Positions 18,181 to 27,904 are shown, counted from the first letter of the stretch. The stretch: 32,000 nt of DNA from Promethearchaeota archaeon (GCA_030606485.1 JAUWGH010000010.1:30001-62000), one strand, 5' to 3'. The notes: generated by a model not told the origin, from the letters alone. Made by a program: numbers and translations.

Positions 18181-19539
18181 TTATCTAATATTCATAGTAT
18201 GCCAGGTGTAATCTGTTCTGGTGTGGGCTCCATCGCTAATTATCGTCTTATCGCTAACAGATAATCTCAACATGTATGGACCTTTACTTAATCCACTAAT
18301 GTTCCAGATTCCAAGTTGACCGTTGATTACAGGTGTGTGGTTTCCTGTAGGAGGATAAGAAATTCCAGCATTGGTCAATTCCGTTTGGCTGCATCCTACC
18401 CAATGGAGATTATAAGCCATAAAATAGTCGTCAGAAGCAGTGCCTTGAATTTGGATGCTCGTCCCATCAGCTTTATTGAGAATTCCACACGATGCGGGAG
18501 TAGATATTTCGGCTGGTGGAGTAATGGGTGTATTGTGCAGAAATACAAGTTGAGTGTCTTGGAAAGTATTTTCATTTTCATCCCATACAACCAGAATGAC
18601 CGTGTGGATACCTTCTATGTTTTGTGTGTTCCATTTAGCAATTGAGCCATCCCAAACCCGATTTGTTCCTTCTGCAATGGTGGTAAATGGATCAGAACCG
18701 CTCTGACCTAACCGAGGATCGCTGGAATCGATAAATCCTATGCCATAGCTAAGTCTCCATTTAACGACCTTTGCACCCCAAATTCTACCAAATATTGTAG
18801 TATTGCCTCCAAAAGGTCGATCATCGATCCCTCCATAGGAAGCTAGTCCAGATGCTTTAATATCGGCGATGGGTACAGGTCCAACCTTGTTTATTGCAGC
18901 TGTAACATAATCGATCTCTATTGTATACTCCTTTCCTCTGTGATAACAATAGGGAGGACAATCATGTGGGATCCCCCACACATCTTGATCTATTTCAGTC
19001 TCGTGAATGACCACGCCTTGAGGATTTCTGACAGTAAAGATTACATCTGGTAGTGGTATGAAATATCTTATTCTTTCTGGTTCATCTCGATCGAAGTCTG
19101 TATCATCAAACCAAATGTTGAATTCGCCAGCCGCGTCAGTAATATCCTCGTCCAATGGATCTTTATACTGTCCGTCACTATCAAACGCCTTAACAGTTAA
19201 TCCTTGTAAGGGTTCACCACTCATTTTATCTAGAACTCGACCCTTGAGATGCCAATCTTTAGGCGATGGAATGCAGATAACTATCCAATCTGCCACATCT
19301 ACAACTGTACCAACCATAACACCAATTTCTTTGGACGACAGGATAGTGTTTCGATAGGACATTTTGATAAATCTAGGCTTATGTTCAGAACCGCATTCGA
19401 AGTCGAAATTCCCTTGTTTATTTGAGACGGCAGAACCAAGAAAGGTTCCCTTTTCATCGTACGCTTTTACTTTTAACCCTTCCAATGGTTTATCTTTTTG
19501 TCCTAGAATTCTACCTTTAAATCGGTATTTTATATCCAT
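18181..19539 (-). CDS. Beta-rich protein: two transthyretin-like / carboxypeptidase-regulatory-like domains plus a DRPFGG C-terminal region
   Basis: Two repeats of GR.L....PL.GL.VKA.D....L....(S/T)...G.F. The C-terminal region is shared with 22988..25597. No signal peptide. Confidence 0.8.
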   Translation of the reverse strand: MDIKYRFKGRILGQKDKPLEGLKVKAYDEKGTFLGSAVSNKQGNFDFECGSEHKPRFIKMSYRNTILSSKEIGVMVGTVVDVADWIVICIPSPKDWHLKGRVLDKMSGEPLQGLTVKAFDSDGQYKDPLDEDITDAAGEFNIWFDDTDFDRDEPERIRYFIPLPDVIFTVRNPQGVVIHETEIDQDVWGIPHDCPPYCYHRGKEYTIEIDYVTAAINKVGPVPIADIKASGLASYGGIDDRPFGGNTTIFGRIWGAKVVKWRLSYGIGFIDSSDPRLGQSGSDPFTTIAEGTNRVWDGSIAKWNTQNIEGIHTVILVVWDENENTFQDTQLVFLHNTPITPPAEISTPASCGILNKADGTSIQIQGTASDDYFMAYNLHWVGCSQTELTNAGISYPPTGNHTPVINGQLGIWNISGLSKGPYMLRLSVSDKTIISDGAHTRTDYTWHTMNIR

Positions 19540-19650
19540 TTGGTTTCCCTCCTATAATTTAAATAAGCTTGATTTGTTCGCTCAACGTCATAGAGGTTAA
19601 TTCCCATCAATTTATAAGTAAGTATATCCAATATTTTTTTGAGTTTCTCG

Positions 19651-19998
19651 CTCTTTTCAATATGCCATTTCATTTTATTATCAATTTTTTAATATTTTAT
19701 ATATTTAAGTCAAATTTTTTATTATAAAATTTTCAGTTAGCAACTTTCAGTAAATTATTATTTAAATATAACTGACAAGAAATGAATACAACGAATCTGC
19801 TATGAGATCTTCACAAAGCAAGATCACAAAATTTTAAATGACTGGGAAATCATAATTAGATGTTTAACTAAATTTAATAATTGAATTATTATAAAAAATT
19901 AATGAATAAATATCAGAAAATTTTATTTTTTTGATTTCTGATATGGCAACATTTTAAATGTTTTAGATTGGGTGCATAATTTATCTTCATATTAAAGA
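19651..19998 (-). repeat. Repeat family 1, copy C (upstream of 18181..19539)
   Basis: Longest copy; aligns to both A and B. Confidence 0.9.
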
Positions 19999-20375
19999 TT
20001 TTATACTCAATATGAAGAATTTATTTAATTAATGAAAAAATTAGAAATTAAATTAAAAGTAAGCTAATCGAGTGAAACTAAAATGTACACTAAATGAATT
20101 TTTTAGCTAAGCTAAATTTGTTAATTAGAAACTCAATAGAGAGAAAATATATAATACATTTCATAATTTAATTCGAAATCTCGATTTTTAGCAATTTCAC
20201 TGTATCGATATTTTTTCAGTTTGATTTAAATATCATATTATAATTATGGGAGTAATACATCACAAAAAATTTCTATATTTCTCCCATATTATCTCTCTTC
20301 TAATTTATTATCTTTCTTAGTTTCTTGAGAATCTTTTCAAATAAATATCTGAAATTCATTTTTTTTTATGATTAT

Positions 20376-20642
20376 TAATTTCGAGATATAAAAAAAGATG
20401 CCATATTATAAATAGAAAAATAAAAGTTATATGACCATTTCAGCTAAAAATTTTATTATAAATTAATAATAAAACGAGGTTAAAAATTTTAAGACATTTT
20501 TAAAATCTTTTAAATTTGTGAGATTTAATCTTATATAAGGTTTAATTTAGTTTCATTTTGATTAAAAATTGTCATATGTATTTAAAAAGGAAAATGTACC
20601 ATGCGTTATTATTGAAAATTTTAAGAAAAAAAATAATTTAAT
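20376..20642 (+). repeat. Repeat family 2, copy E (upstream of 20673..21128)
   Basis: Aligns to 16421-16682. Confidence 0.9.
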
Positions 20643-20672
20643 TTATAATTACAAATTAATAGGTTATTAAAT

Positions 20673-21128
20673 ATGGGAGAAATGGAAATGGTGATTGGAC
20701 GACGGATTAAGATAACTTGTATTCTTGGAGATATTCTAATCATAATTGGCTGGTTTACTCCTTATTTCTATGGTTTGATTTTGGAAATTCATACCTACCA
20801 ATGGATGTGGGGGTTTAAATCAGCTAATGGTGTTATGGAGATGTTACCATTGGAAGGGGATATTTTAACGTTGTTTATACTGGCTATAATCATTTTGATA
20901 TTGGTCATTATAAACTTGATAATTTGTTTCCTTATGAGAAAACTAAAAGATAAAAGGCTAATGGGCATTCTAAAGATAATAATAGGAGTTATTATAATTA
21001 TTTTAGTAATATTACCTCTTATAATTACTCCTACGCTATTAACAAACTATACTCTTTTCGTGGGATTCTATCTAATGATAATTGGTGCTATTTTCGTAAT
21101 CATTGTTGGCGTACGTGTTATTAGGTAA
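20673..21128 (+). CDS. Four-helix membrane protein
   Basis: 151 aa with four hydrophobic segments. Confidence 0.75.
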   Translation: MGEMEMVIGRRIKITCILGDILIIIGWFTPYFYGLILEIHTYQWMWGFKSANGVMEMLPLEGDILTLFILAIIILILVIINLIICFLMRKLKDKRLMGILKIIIGVIIIILVILPLIITPTLLTNYTLFVGFYLMIIGAIFVIIVGVRVIR

Positions 21129-21480
21129 TGATAAAGAATTTAATATATTAAAACTTAAATCTAAATATTTTTTTTCAATTCTTTTTTTATTAGTTTTTAT
21201 AAAAAAAGAAAATGAGTATCGTTTGATTGTTACATTCCCTACGATTGAAATTGATGTTTATTTAATTACACCTCATAACTATGAATTTATCGAAAAAGAT
21301 ATTGATTTAGAAGTCTTTAATGATGAAGATTGTACAGTAAGAAATTACAAAGAAGAACGGCGTTTAAAAAGAAATCTTTTTAAAATTAAAAGTAACTATA
21401 TGCTCCGTTTATCTTTTTTATTTCCTAAAAAAAATCATCATTATAAAATTAAATTTAATACTCAAAAAATAGTGATATAA
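21103..21480 (+). pseudogene. Possible gene fragment
   Basis: TTG start overlapping the previous gene and an AT-rich low-complexity 5' part. The central part (EYRLIVTFPTIEIDVYLITPHNYEF) looks protein-like. Confidence 0.3.
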
Positions 21481-21783
21481 AATATTAAAAACATAAAAGT
21501 ATTTCATAGTAAAATATAATAAATGAGTAGAGACATTATATGGAATAAATAATTTCTTTGAGGAATTTCCTTTAATAAGATCTTAAATTTTTATGAGAGG
21601 GATTTTACAATCCCCATAAATATAGAATAAGGTTATTAAAATGGAAGAAAATTTTATATTCGATATTTTAACTAACGCTTTTTTCTATTCTTTCTTAATA
21701 TATCTTTCGACCTAATCTTTAAGATAAAGAGATATGGAAATATTTTAGGAGGTAGATTATTTCCTAGATAAAATTCTTCTGAA

Positions 21784-21844
21784 TACCATATTATAAATTT
21801 TTCAAAAAAATAATGTCATATTACAACTAAAAAAATAAAGCTTT
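21784..21844 (+). repeat. Two tandem degenerate copies of the shared head motif; the second is a ~40-bp direct repeat of 25614-25656
   Basis: TACCATATTATAAAT... followed by TGTCATATTACAACTAAAAAAATAAAGCTTT. Confidence 0.6.
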
Positions 21845-22026
21845 AAAATATTTATATATTTAATTTTTCCATTTAATTTATTTTTTGAACGTTGTTAAAT
21901 CTATAAATTTATGAATATATGCTTTTTAAGGCTCATAATATTGAGGTGCAAGGCTTTCATAGTAATTTTATAATATTTTTTTTTTGTCATATATATTTAA
22001 ATAAAAAAATAAATAAAAATCAAAAT

Positions 22027-22857
22027 ATGAAATCAAATAAACTTCAAAGAATAGGGAAATATAAATCTGAGAGTGGTGGCGTCATACGCTTTATTATTGA
22101 CATTGACCACGCTAAAGAATACGAATTGGATGAAGCCTTGAGTTTTTTTATTTCAGCTACCAATGATTTTGCAAGAGGTAAGGATCATTGGTTTAATGCA
22201 GATAAAGCGAAAATGCTCAAAAAGCCTGAAAAAGAAACAAAATTTAAAAAGCTATTAATGGAAGACAACGCAAAAGGCTTGGAGAAAGTTAAGAAAGCTA
22301 AAATGCTGATAAAAAAGCCACTTGACAATTTTAAAAATATTGAAAAAAAAATGAAAGTATCACATGAAGAATTTAAAAAAAACATGAACAAACGTGAAGC
22401 AGAGCTTAAAGAAAATTTAATGGTTGCAAATTTATCTCTCGATGAAATAAAAATTATCTTAGAAGAATTTACTAAGAGTAGAAAAATATTTGAAATTGAA
22501 GGAAGACAAGGACTTATTAAACACCTGAGCAATCAATTCGAAGAATTGGAGGAACTTTGCTCTGACCCTAGTAAAGGTTGGAAACGTGCTAGTGTTACAT
22601 GTGTTATTTGTATAATCATCCTGTTAATTTTAGCCATCGGTTTTATCGTGACAACAATTATTATTATTTCGTATATAGTCAACTGGAATACGAAGGAAAT
22701 TCATGATCTGAAAAATGAATCCCCAGCATGTAAAATCGATGAAATGACACCTGAGGGTAAAGAATATTTTAAAACTTTCGAAGAAGCAGACCATTACTTT
22801 AAAAATAAAGGATTTAATGGATGTGCGTGGTGTATGCCCCAATATCATACTGATTAA
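22027..22857 (+). CDS. Coiled-coil protein with one TM helix and a small C-terminal His/Cys domain (track start 21919, likely ATG 22027)
   Basis: K/E-rich helical body, hydrophobic CVICIIILLILAIGFIVTTIIII, then NWNTKEIHDL...ACKIDE...GFNGCAWCMP. Confidence 0.8.
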   Translation: MKSNKLQRIGKYKSESGGVIRFIIDIDHAKEYELDEALSFFISATNDFARGKDHWFNADKAKMLKKPEKETKFKKLLMEDNAKGLEKVKKAKMLIKKPLDNFKNIEKKMKVSHEEFKKNMNKREAELKENLMVANLSLDEIKIILEEFTKSRKIFEIEGRQGLIKHLSNQFEELEELCSDPSKGWKRASVTCVICIIILLILAIGFIVTTIIIISYIVNWNTKEIHDLKNESPACKIDEMTPEGKEYFKTFEEADHYFKNKGFNGCAWCMPQYHTD

Positions 22858-22987
22858 ATTCAACATCAAATTATTTAATGCTGAGTTGAGAAAATAAATT
22901 ATAAAATATATAGTACTATCAAAAAAAAATCGATTTTAATTTATTAAAATATTAAGGAGGGTAAAAAAACATAAAGAGGGATAAAAA

Positions 22988-25597
22988 ATGGATGTAAAAA
23001 AGAAAGGATTTATAATTTACGGAAAAGTCTTAGGAAAAGTAAGCAAAAAAGGGATTACTAGCTTGACAGTTGAAGCATTGGATAAAGATCTATTATTTGA
23101 TGATCGTTTGGGCACTGCAATTACTAATAAAGATGGTAATTTTGAAATTCTGTATGATAAAGAAGATTTTCAAGAACTTTTTCTTGATTTAAAACCAGAT
23201 ATATATTTAAGGGTGAAAAATCCAAAGGGAGAAATCATATATACCACAGAAGACAAGATCAAATATGGGGTTATAGGGGTAGAAGAGTTTAATATAGTTA
23301 TTTCAGAAAAATTGATCGAAAAAATAGAAGTTGAAAGCGAAAGGCTACAATTTAAGAAATTAACGGATATCAATCCTAATTACTTTGGAAATATAATCGA
23401 TAAGAAACTCGCAATTCAATATCTCCCTGTATATGAAATGACAAATAATGTTAAATACGAAGAGTTAGTATGCGTGGGTTCTTATCCTGAAGATAATATA
23501 CTAATGGCTATTATTGAAGTAAAATTGCCTTATGGTTATAAGGGATCACTATGTAAAGCAGGTAGCAAGGAATATGTAGGTTTTTATATTGATTACAATG
23601 ATGGCGTCGGTTTTGTAAGTGTGGGCGCAATAACAGAGGTAAATGTTCATGATATTTCTTTTGTTGATGGAGGACATCTTTTTTATGCTGTACGCAAATC
23701 TTTCATTCCCAAGGATTATTTTAAATGCAATAAATCACAAATAGTTAAAGTGAGGGCGATTTTATCTTGGGAACAATTACCAACGGGTCCTAATTTCGAA
23801 CCAGTATGGGGAAATGTTGTTGATACATGGATTCAGATTAAACCAATATATCCAATTTTTTATTCTATCCCCCAATTTAAACTTTTACCAGAAGTAGAAA
23901 TAAAACCTATTGGATTAATTCCTTCTGTTGAAAAGTTTGTAATTGCAGGGGATAAAGAAGAAATTATAGAATTAATAAATAAATCCATCGAAGCGGAAAA
24001 GAGAATAAAAGAAGAAGGAAAAGTTGAAGTAGAGCGGCTTGAATTTAAGAAGATGATTATGAAAAATCCAAATTACTTCGGCTCGATTACTGAATCTACA
24101 GATAAAAATAAGATTTTCAGAGTGATACGCCATCTTCCCCCAGATACTATCAAAATTTTACTCCCTAAACTTACAATTGATCCTAACATGCTTGTACCAG
24201 TAAAATTTTATATTCTGAAAACAATGTATGAAGAATTAAAATGTATCGGACTCTATCCTAATGGTGATCTTTTGGAAGCAGTTATAGAGATTAAATTGCC
24301 GTACGGGTTTAATGGTGATTTATGTACTCTAGGTAGTAAAGAGTATGTTGCTTTTTATATCGATTGGGGTTCAGGTTATAAGCATGTAGCTACATCGACG
24401 GTGGGAGTTCACGACATCCCCGTTGTAAATGATAAACATCTTTTCTATGCCGTAAAGGCAAAAATTCCTAATATAAAATCAAAATTGAAAGATTGTCCTA
24501 TTGAAAATATTGTAAAAGTCAAGGCAATATTATCTTGGAATGAAGACCCAACCCCCTATGGGCATATTTATAAACCAACATGGGGAAATGTATTAATAAG
24601 GAATATCCAGATAAGGCCAAAAGATGGAGTAAGCGTTAAATGTGATATTGAAATTGTCAATGAAGTGCATATTGATGAAATAAGTCAAAGTGGTATTAAT
24701 GAAGGGCTTGCCATTAAGATTGATGCGTCAAACAATGCAGTTCCATTGATATATGATAGACCTTTTGGAGGTATCATTGCATGTTGGGGGAATATAAATG
24801 TTTGGGGTGCAGCATATTACAGATTTAGATATAGCAATGATGAGGGTATTACTTGGAAAAATATTACGGATGAGAGGAAAGCACGTAATACATTTCCTTT
24901 GTTACCTGTTATCACAAGAACTCCAGATAGTAATGGATGGTTTAGTAAGAGTGAATATGATACTGATATAGATAACTATAGTCTTGCTCCCTTGGTACAT
25001 TGGAGGAGTTATGGAAAGGATAATAAATATTTGCTAAAGCTTGAATTAGCAGATGCAGAGAAAAATCCACTTCCTGGACAAACAACTGATGTCTCACTTA
25101 TACTGGATAATAGAGAACCTGAACTTTTTACGTTTGGTGGAACTCCACCCCCAACACTGCCTACTAAAGGTGTTACTGTCAAAGATAGCGAAGGAAATTA
25201 TAAAAAATGTGATGCATTTATCGGAAATAAGGACTGGGAAGTATCTTTAATCTTTATCTATGGTAATTTCAGAGATGACTATTTTAAAAAATTTCGATTA
25301 AAAATATTTGGAGGAAATATTTCAGAGTCTGGTGAACAAATAGGTGAAGAAGTTCGATATGATGATCCAATTCCAGGTGTTGATGAACAAGGCATTATTG
25401 GTGCCATCGATGGAGGACTTGGTCAAGAGATTGGAAATTTAAATTTATGTCCTGATAAAATAAAGTGCGCTTACGGTATAGAACTCACGATTTGGGATAG
25501 ATCGATTGTGGGCTCTGTTAGAGGATATGAATTTAATACATATAATCACGGAAAAGATGCTTTTGTAACCTTTGATTGGGACCCCAAAGGTTGTTAA
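22988..25597 (+). CDS. Large beta-rich protein: transthyretin-like domain, two internal ~170-aa repeats, DRPFGG C-terminal region
   Basis: LTVEALDKDLLFDDRLGTAITNKDGNFEI domain. The motif ERL.FKK....NPNYFG...YEEL.C.G.YP...KLPYG..G.LC..GSKEYV.FYID...HD...HLFYAV...VKV.AILSW...WGNV...IQI.P occurs twice. No signal peptide. Confidence 0.85.
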   Translation: MDVKKKGFIIYGKVLGKVSKKGITSLTVEALDKDLLFDDRLGTAITNKDGNFEILYDKEDFQELFLDLKPDIYLRVKNPKGEIIYTTEDKIKYGVIGVEEFNIVISEKLIEKIEVESERLQFKKLTDINPNYFGNIIDKKLAIQYLPVYEMTNNVKYEELVCVGSYPEDNILMAIIEVKLPYGYKGSLCKAGSKEYVGFYIDYNDGVGFVSVGAITEVNVHDISFVDGGHLFYAVRKSFIPKDYFKCNKSQIVKVRAILSWEQLPTGPNFEPVWGNVVDTWIQIKPIYPIFYSIPQFKLLPEVEIKPIGLIPSVEKFVIAGDKEEIIELINKSIEAEKRIKEEGKVEVERLEFKKMIMKNPNYFGSITESTDKNKIFRVIRHLPPDTIKILLPKLTIDPNMLVPVKFYILKTMYEELKCIGLYPNGDLLEAVIEIKLPYGFNGDLCTLGSKEYVAFYIDWGSGYKHVATSTVGVHDIPVVNDKHLFYAVKAKIPNIKSKLKDCPIENIVKVKAILSWNEDPTPYGHIYKPTWGNVLIRNIQIRPKDGVSVKCDIEIVNEVHIDEISQSGINEGLAIKIDASNNAVPLIYDRPFGGIIACWGNINVWGAAYYRFRYSNDEGITWKNITDERKARNTFPLLPVITRTPDSNGWFSKSEYDTDIDNYSLAPLVHWRSYGKDNKYLLKLELADAEKNPLPGQTTDVSLILDNREPELFTFGGTPPPTLPTKGVTVKDSEGNYKKCDAFIGNKDWEVSLIFIYGNFRDDYFKKFRLKIFGGNISESGEQIGEEVRYDDPIPGVDEQGIIGAIDGGLGQEIGNLNLCPDKIKCAYGIELTIWDRSIVGSVRGYEFNTYNHGKDAFVTFDWDPKGC

Positions 25598-25613
25598 AAG
25601 GAAGAAGAAATAT

Positions 25614-25656
25614 AAAAAATATTGTCATAATATAGCAACTAAAAAAATAATGCTTT
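25614..25656 (+). repeat. ~40-bp direct repeat of 21804-21844, just after the stop of 22988..25597
   Basis: AAAAAATATTGTCATAATATAGCAACTAAAAAAATAATGCTTT. Confidence 0.6.
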
Positions 25657-25707
25657 CATATTTAAGTAAAAAATAGATGACAAAAATGAAGTTCTATTAA
25701 ATAAGGG

Positions 25708-25848
25708 AGGATAAAGTCTTTAATGCTTCTCCGCCCATCAATAAATAGGGGGAGGAGGAGGGCGAAAATAAGTGTAGATAAATACTACACCAACCAAAAG
25801 ACAAAAATCCAGTATGGGGGGAGATGCAACCTTTGACTTTATCCTTAC
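25708..25848. repeat. Long imperfect palindrome 1 (outer box AGGATAAAGTC)
   Basis: Outer boxes 25708-25718 and 25835-25845 are perfect inverted copies. Inner boxes 25724-25738 and 25814-25828 match 13/15. Spacers are 5 and 6 nt and unpaired. Confidence 0.75.
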
Positions 25849-25925
25849 CAATATTATCTAAAAATTAACTATAAAAAGATTTCTATTCCTTTTTTTTGTT
25901 TAAAAAGGTCCATTGAAATTATCAT

Positions 25926-26201
25926 TTAAAAACTATCATTTAATACTGAACCTACTTGTATCGCAAGATAATTTAAGATAACATCGTAATCTTCAGGTGT
26001 TATTTCCTTGGTCCTAAGAACAAACTTTTTAATACTATTAATACATGAGAGTTGGTTTCTAATTTTTTCAGATTGGAATTTATTCTGGAGATAAGATTCT
26101 TGATTCTTAATTTCACATATTAACTTATCTCTTAATTCCTCAAATTGTGCATTAAATGCAATATTGTCAATTCCCATGTTATTAATTCTAAAATTCATCA
26201 T
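25926..26201 (-). CDS. Small hypothetical helical protein
   Basis: 91-aa ORF, no recognised motif. Confidence 0.55.
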   Translation of the reverse strand: MMNFRINNMGIDNIAFNAQFEELRDKLICEIKNQESYLQNKFQSEKIRNQLSCINSIKKFVLRTKEITPEDYDVILNYLAIQVGSVLNDSF

Positions 26202-26732
26202 TATAATTTCAGATTAAATTCTAATTATTTAAATAAAAAAGGAGCGGTAAGATACTATTAAAGAAAGAGATATAACTAAATTATTAAGACTATATTTTCA
26301 TAAAATAAAAAAAAATAAGATAATACACTTATCTTGAAAAGAAATATTCTATAAGGGCTTTTGTGAAACCATCCAGCCACTCGTTATTAATCTCGGCCCA
26401 CTTTATGATTTTTCACCTCCTGTAATTTTTTATTCAAAATTTGAAAAAATTGAATTGAATCATATTTTTAATGAAGATATATAAAGAAAAAATGAGAACC
26501 AAAAGAGATTAAATTGAATAAAACTTACTTTCTCTCTAAAAGAATTATTGTTTTATATCAATTGGGACAATATAATCATGAATTATGTAATTTTAGTTTG
26601 TTTCCGATATGATTACACTTTAATTCTATATTTAAAGAAAGAAAATAATTGTTGAAAGAATTTTTTCTCTTTAAATAGATTTATTTTAAGAAAAGTATAA
26701 CCATTAATTTTCTATAAAAATCGGAATTTATT

Positions 26733-27761
26733 ATGAGTAAAATCAATCGAAGGAAAAAAAATAATAAATGGAATACATCAGAAAATGAAGAAGTAAAAAG
26801 ATATTATTTATTGGGTAATAAATTTCTTGAACAAAGAAATTTCCAAGAAGCAATAATCTATTATAAAAAAGCATTAGAAATTGATCCTCAAGATATATTA
26901 ACACTTTCTAATTTAGGCCGAGTATACCATCATTCCTATGTTCTGCAATCATCAACTAAAGATCTGAGTTTATTGGACAATTCTGAAGCTTGTTATCTAG
27001 AAGCAACAAAAATAGATCCCAATTTTTGGTTATCATACTTCACTTTGGGAGTAATTAAAATTGAACGGAAAGAATTTTTGAAAGCACTAACATATCATCT
27101 GAAATTTCTTACTGTTTATGAAAAAGCGAAAGTAAAAAACTTCAAAATGTATAATCATGCAACCAATTATATTGTAGAATCCATTAAAAAAGGAAAAATT
27201 TCTGTAGAATCATTCAAAAAATTATTAAATATCTCAATTTCTAAAGAAATATGGACACTATTGGGATACGGTTTGCTACATAGTCAATTATATGAATCTG
27301 CCGAATTATGCTTTCTTAAAGTAATCGAAAAACACCCGGATTATTCTAGTGGATACATTGATTTGGGAAATGTGTATATTGAGATGATTAAAAATATTCC
27401 CGATTATTGTCCTAATTTTAATAAAATTAAAAATTATCTTAAAAAAGCCGTCGAGCTTGACACTAACAATGAAATTGCATGGAATAATCTTGGAACATAT
27501 TACACATTTGTTGATGATTTTGAAAAAGCGAAATTTTGTTATAAAACATCAATCAAACTCAAAAATTACTGCATAACTCCATGGTATAGTCTTGCAAGTA
27601 TTCTGGTCAAGAAGGGTTTATATAAAGAAGCAATAAAATGCCTAAAAAAAGTCGTTCAAATTGATCCAAATTATACCCCTGCTAAAGAAGCGTTGGACAT
27701 ACTTAAGAATAATACTAAGGAACAATTATCCAGGAAAAGAATTGAATTAAGAATAAATTAA
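26733..27761 (+). CDS. Tetratricopeptide repeat protein
   Basis: Repeated TPR motifs (YYLLGNKF...EAIIYYKKALEIDP; AWNNLGTYY...KAKFCY; WYSLASIL...EAIKCLKKVVQIDPNY). Confidence 0.9.
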   Translation: MSKINRRKKNNKWNTSENEEVKRYYLLGNKFLEQRNFQEAIIYYKKALEIDPQDILTLSNLGRVYHHSYVLQSSTKDLSLLDNSEACYLEATKIDPNFWLSYFTLGVIKIERKEFLKALTYHLKFLTVYEKAKVKNFKMYNHATNYIVESIKKGKISVESFKKLLNISISKEIWTLLGYGLLHSQLYESAELCFLKVIEKHPDYSSGYIDLGNVYIEMIKNIPDYCPNFNKIKNYLKKAVELDTNNEIAWNNLGTYYTFVDDFEKAKFCYKTSIKLKNYCITPWYSLASILVKKGLYKEAIKCLKKVVQIDPNYTPAKEALDILKNNTKEQLSRKRIELRIN

Positions 27762-27853
27762 ATCAATCAGTTAAACTAACCAATAACTTACAATTTTTGC
27801 AATATATAAAAGGATTATGAACCTTTAATTGTAAAGGAGTTTCACATTTGGAA
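27761..27853 (-). repeat. 93-bp copy of the zinc-ribbon gene 3' end (direct repeat of 29563-29655)
   Basis: 89/93 identical; encodes SKCETPLQLKVHNPFIYCKNCKLLVSLTD-stop with no start codon. Confidence 0.9.
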
Positions 27854-27904
27854 GATACTACCTTTAGGACACCCTCCTAAAGAGTAATAATAAAGTCTCA
27901 TAAA

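Noticed and set aside
18316-19600. ORFs 18316, 18396, 19058 and 19364
   Set aside because: Shadows of 18181..19539.
20245-20290. TATGGGAG / CTCCCATA inverted repeat
   Set aside because: Short, single, and explainable by chance or a decayed gene start.
22185-25250. ORFs 22185, 22630, 23170 and 25053
   Set aside because: Shadows of 22027..22857 and 22988..25597.
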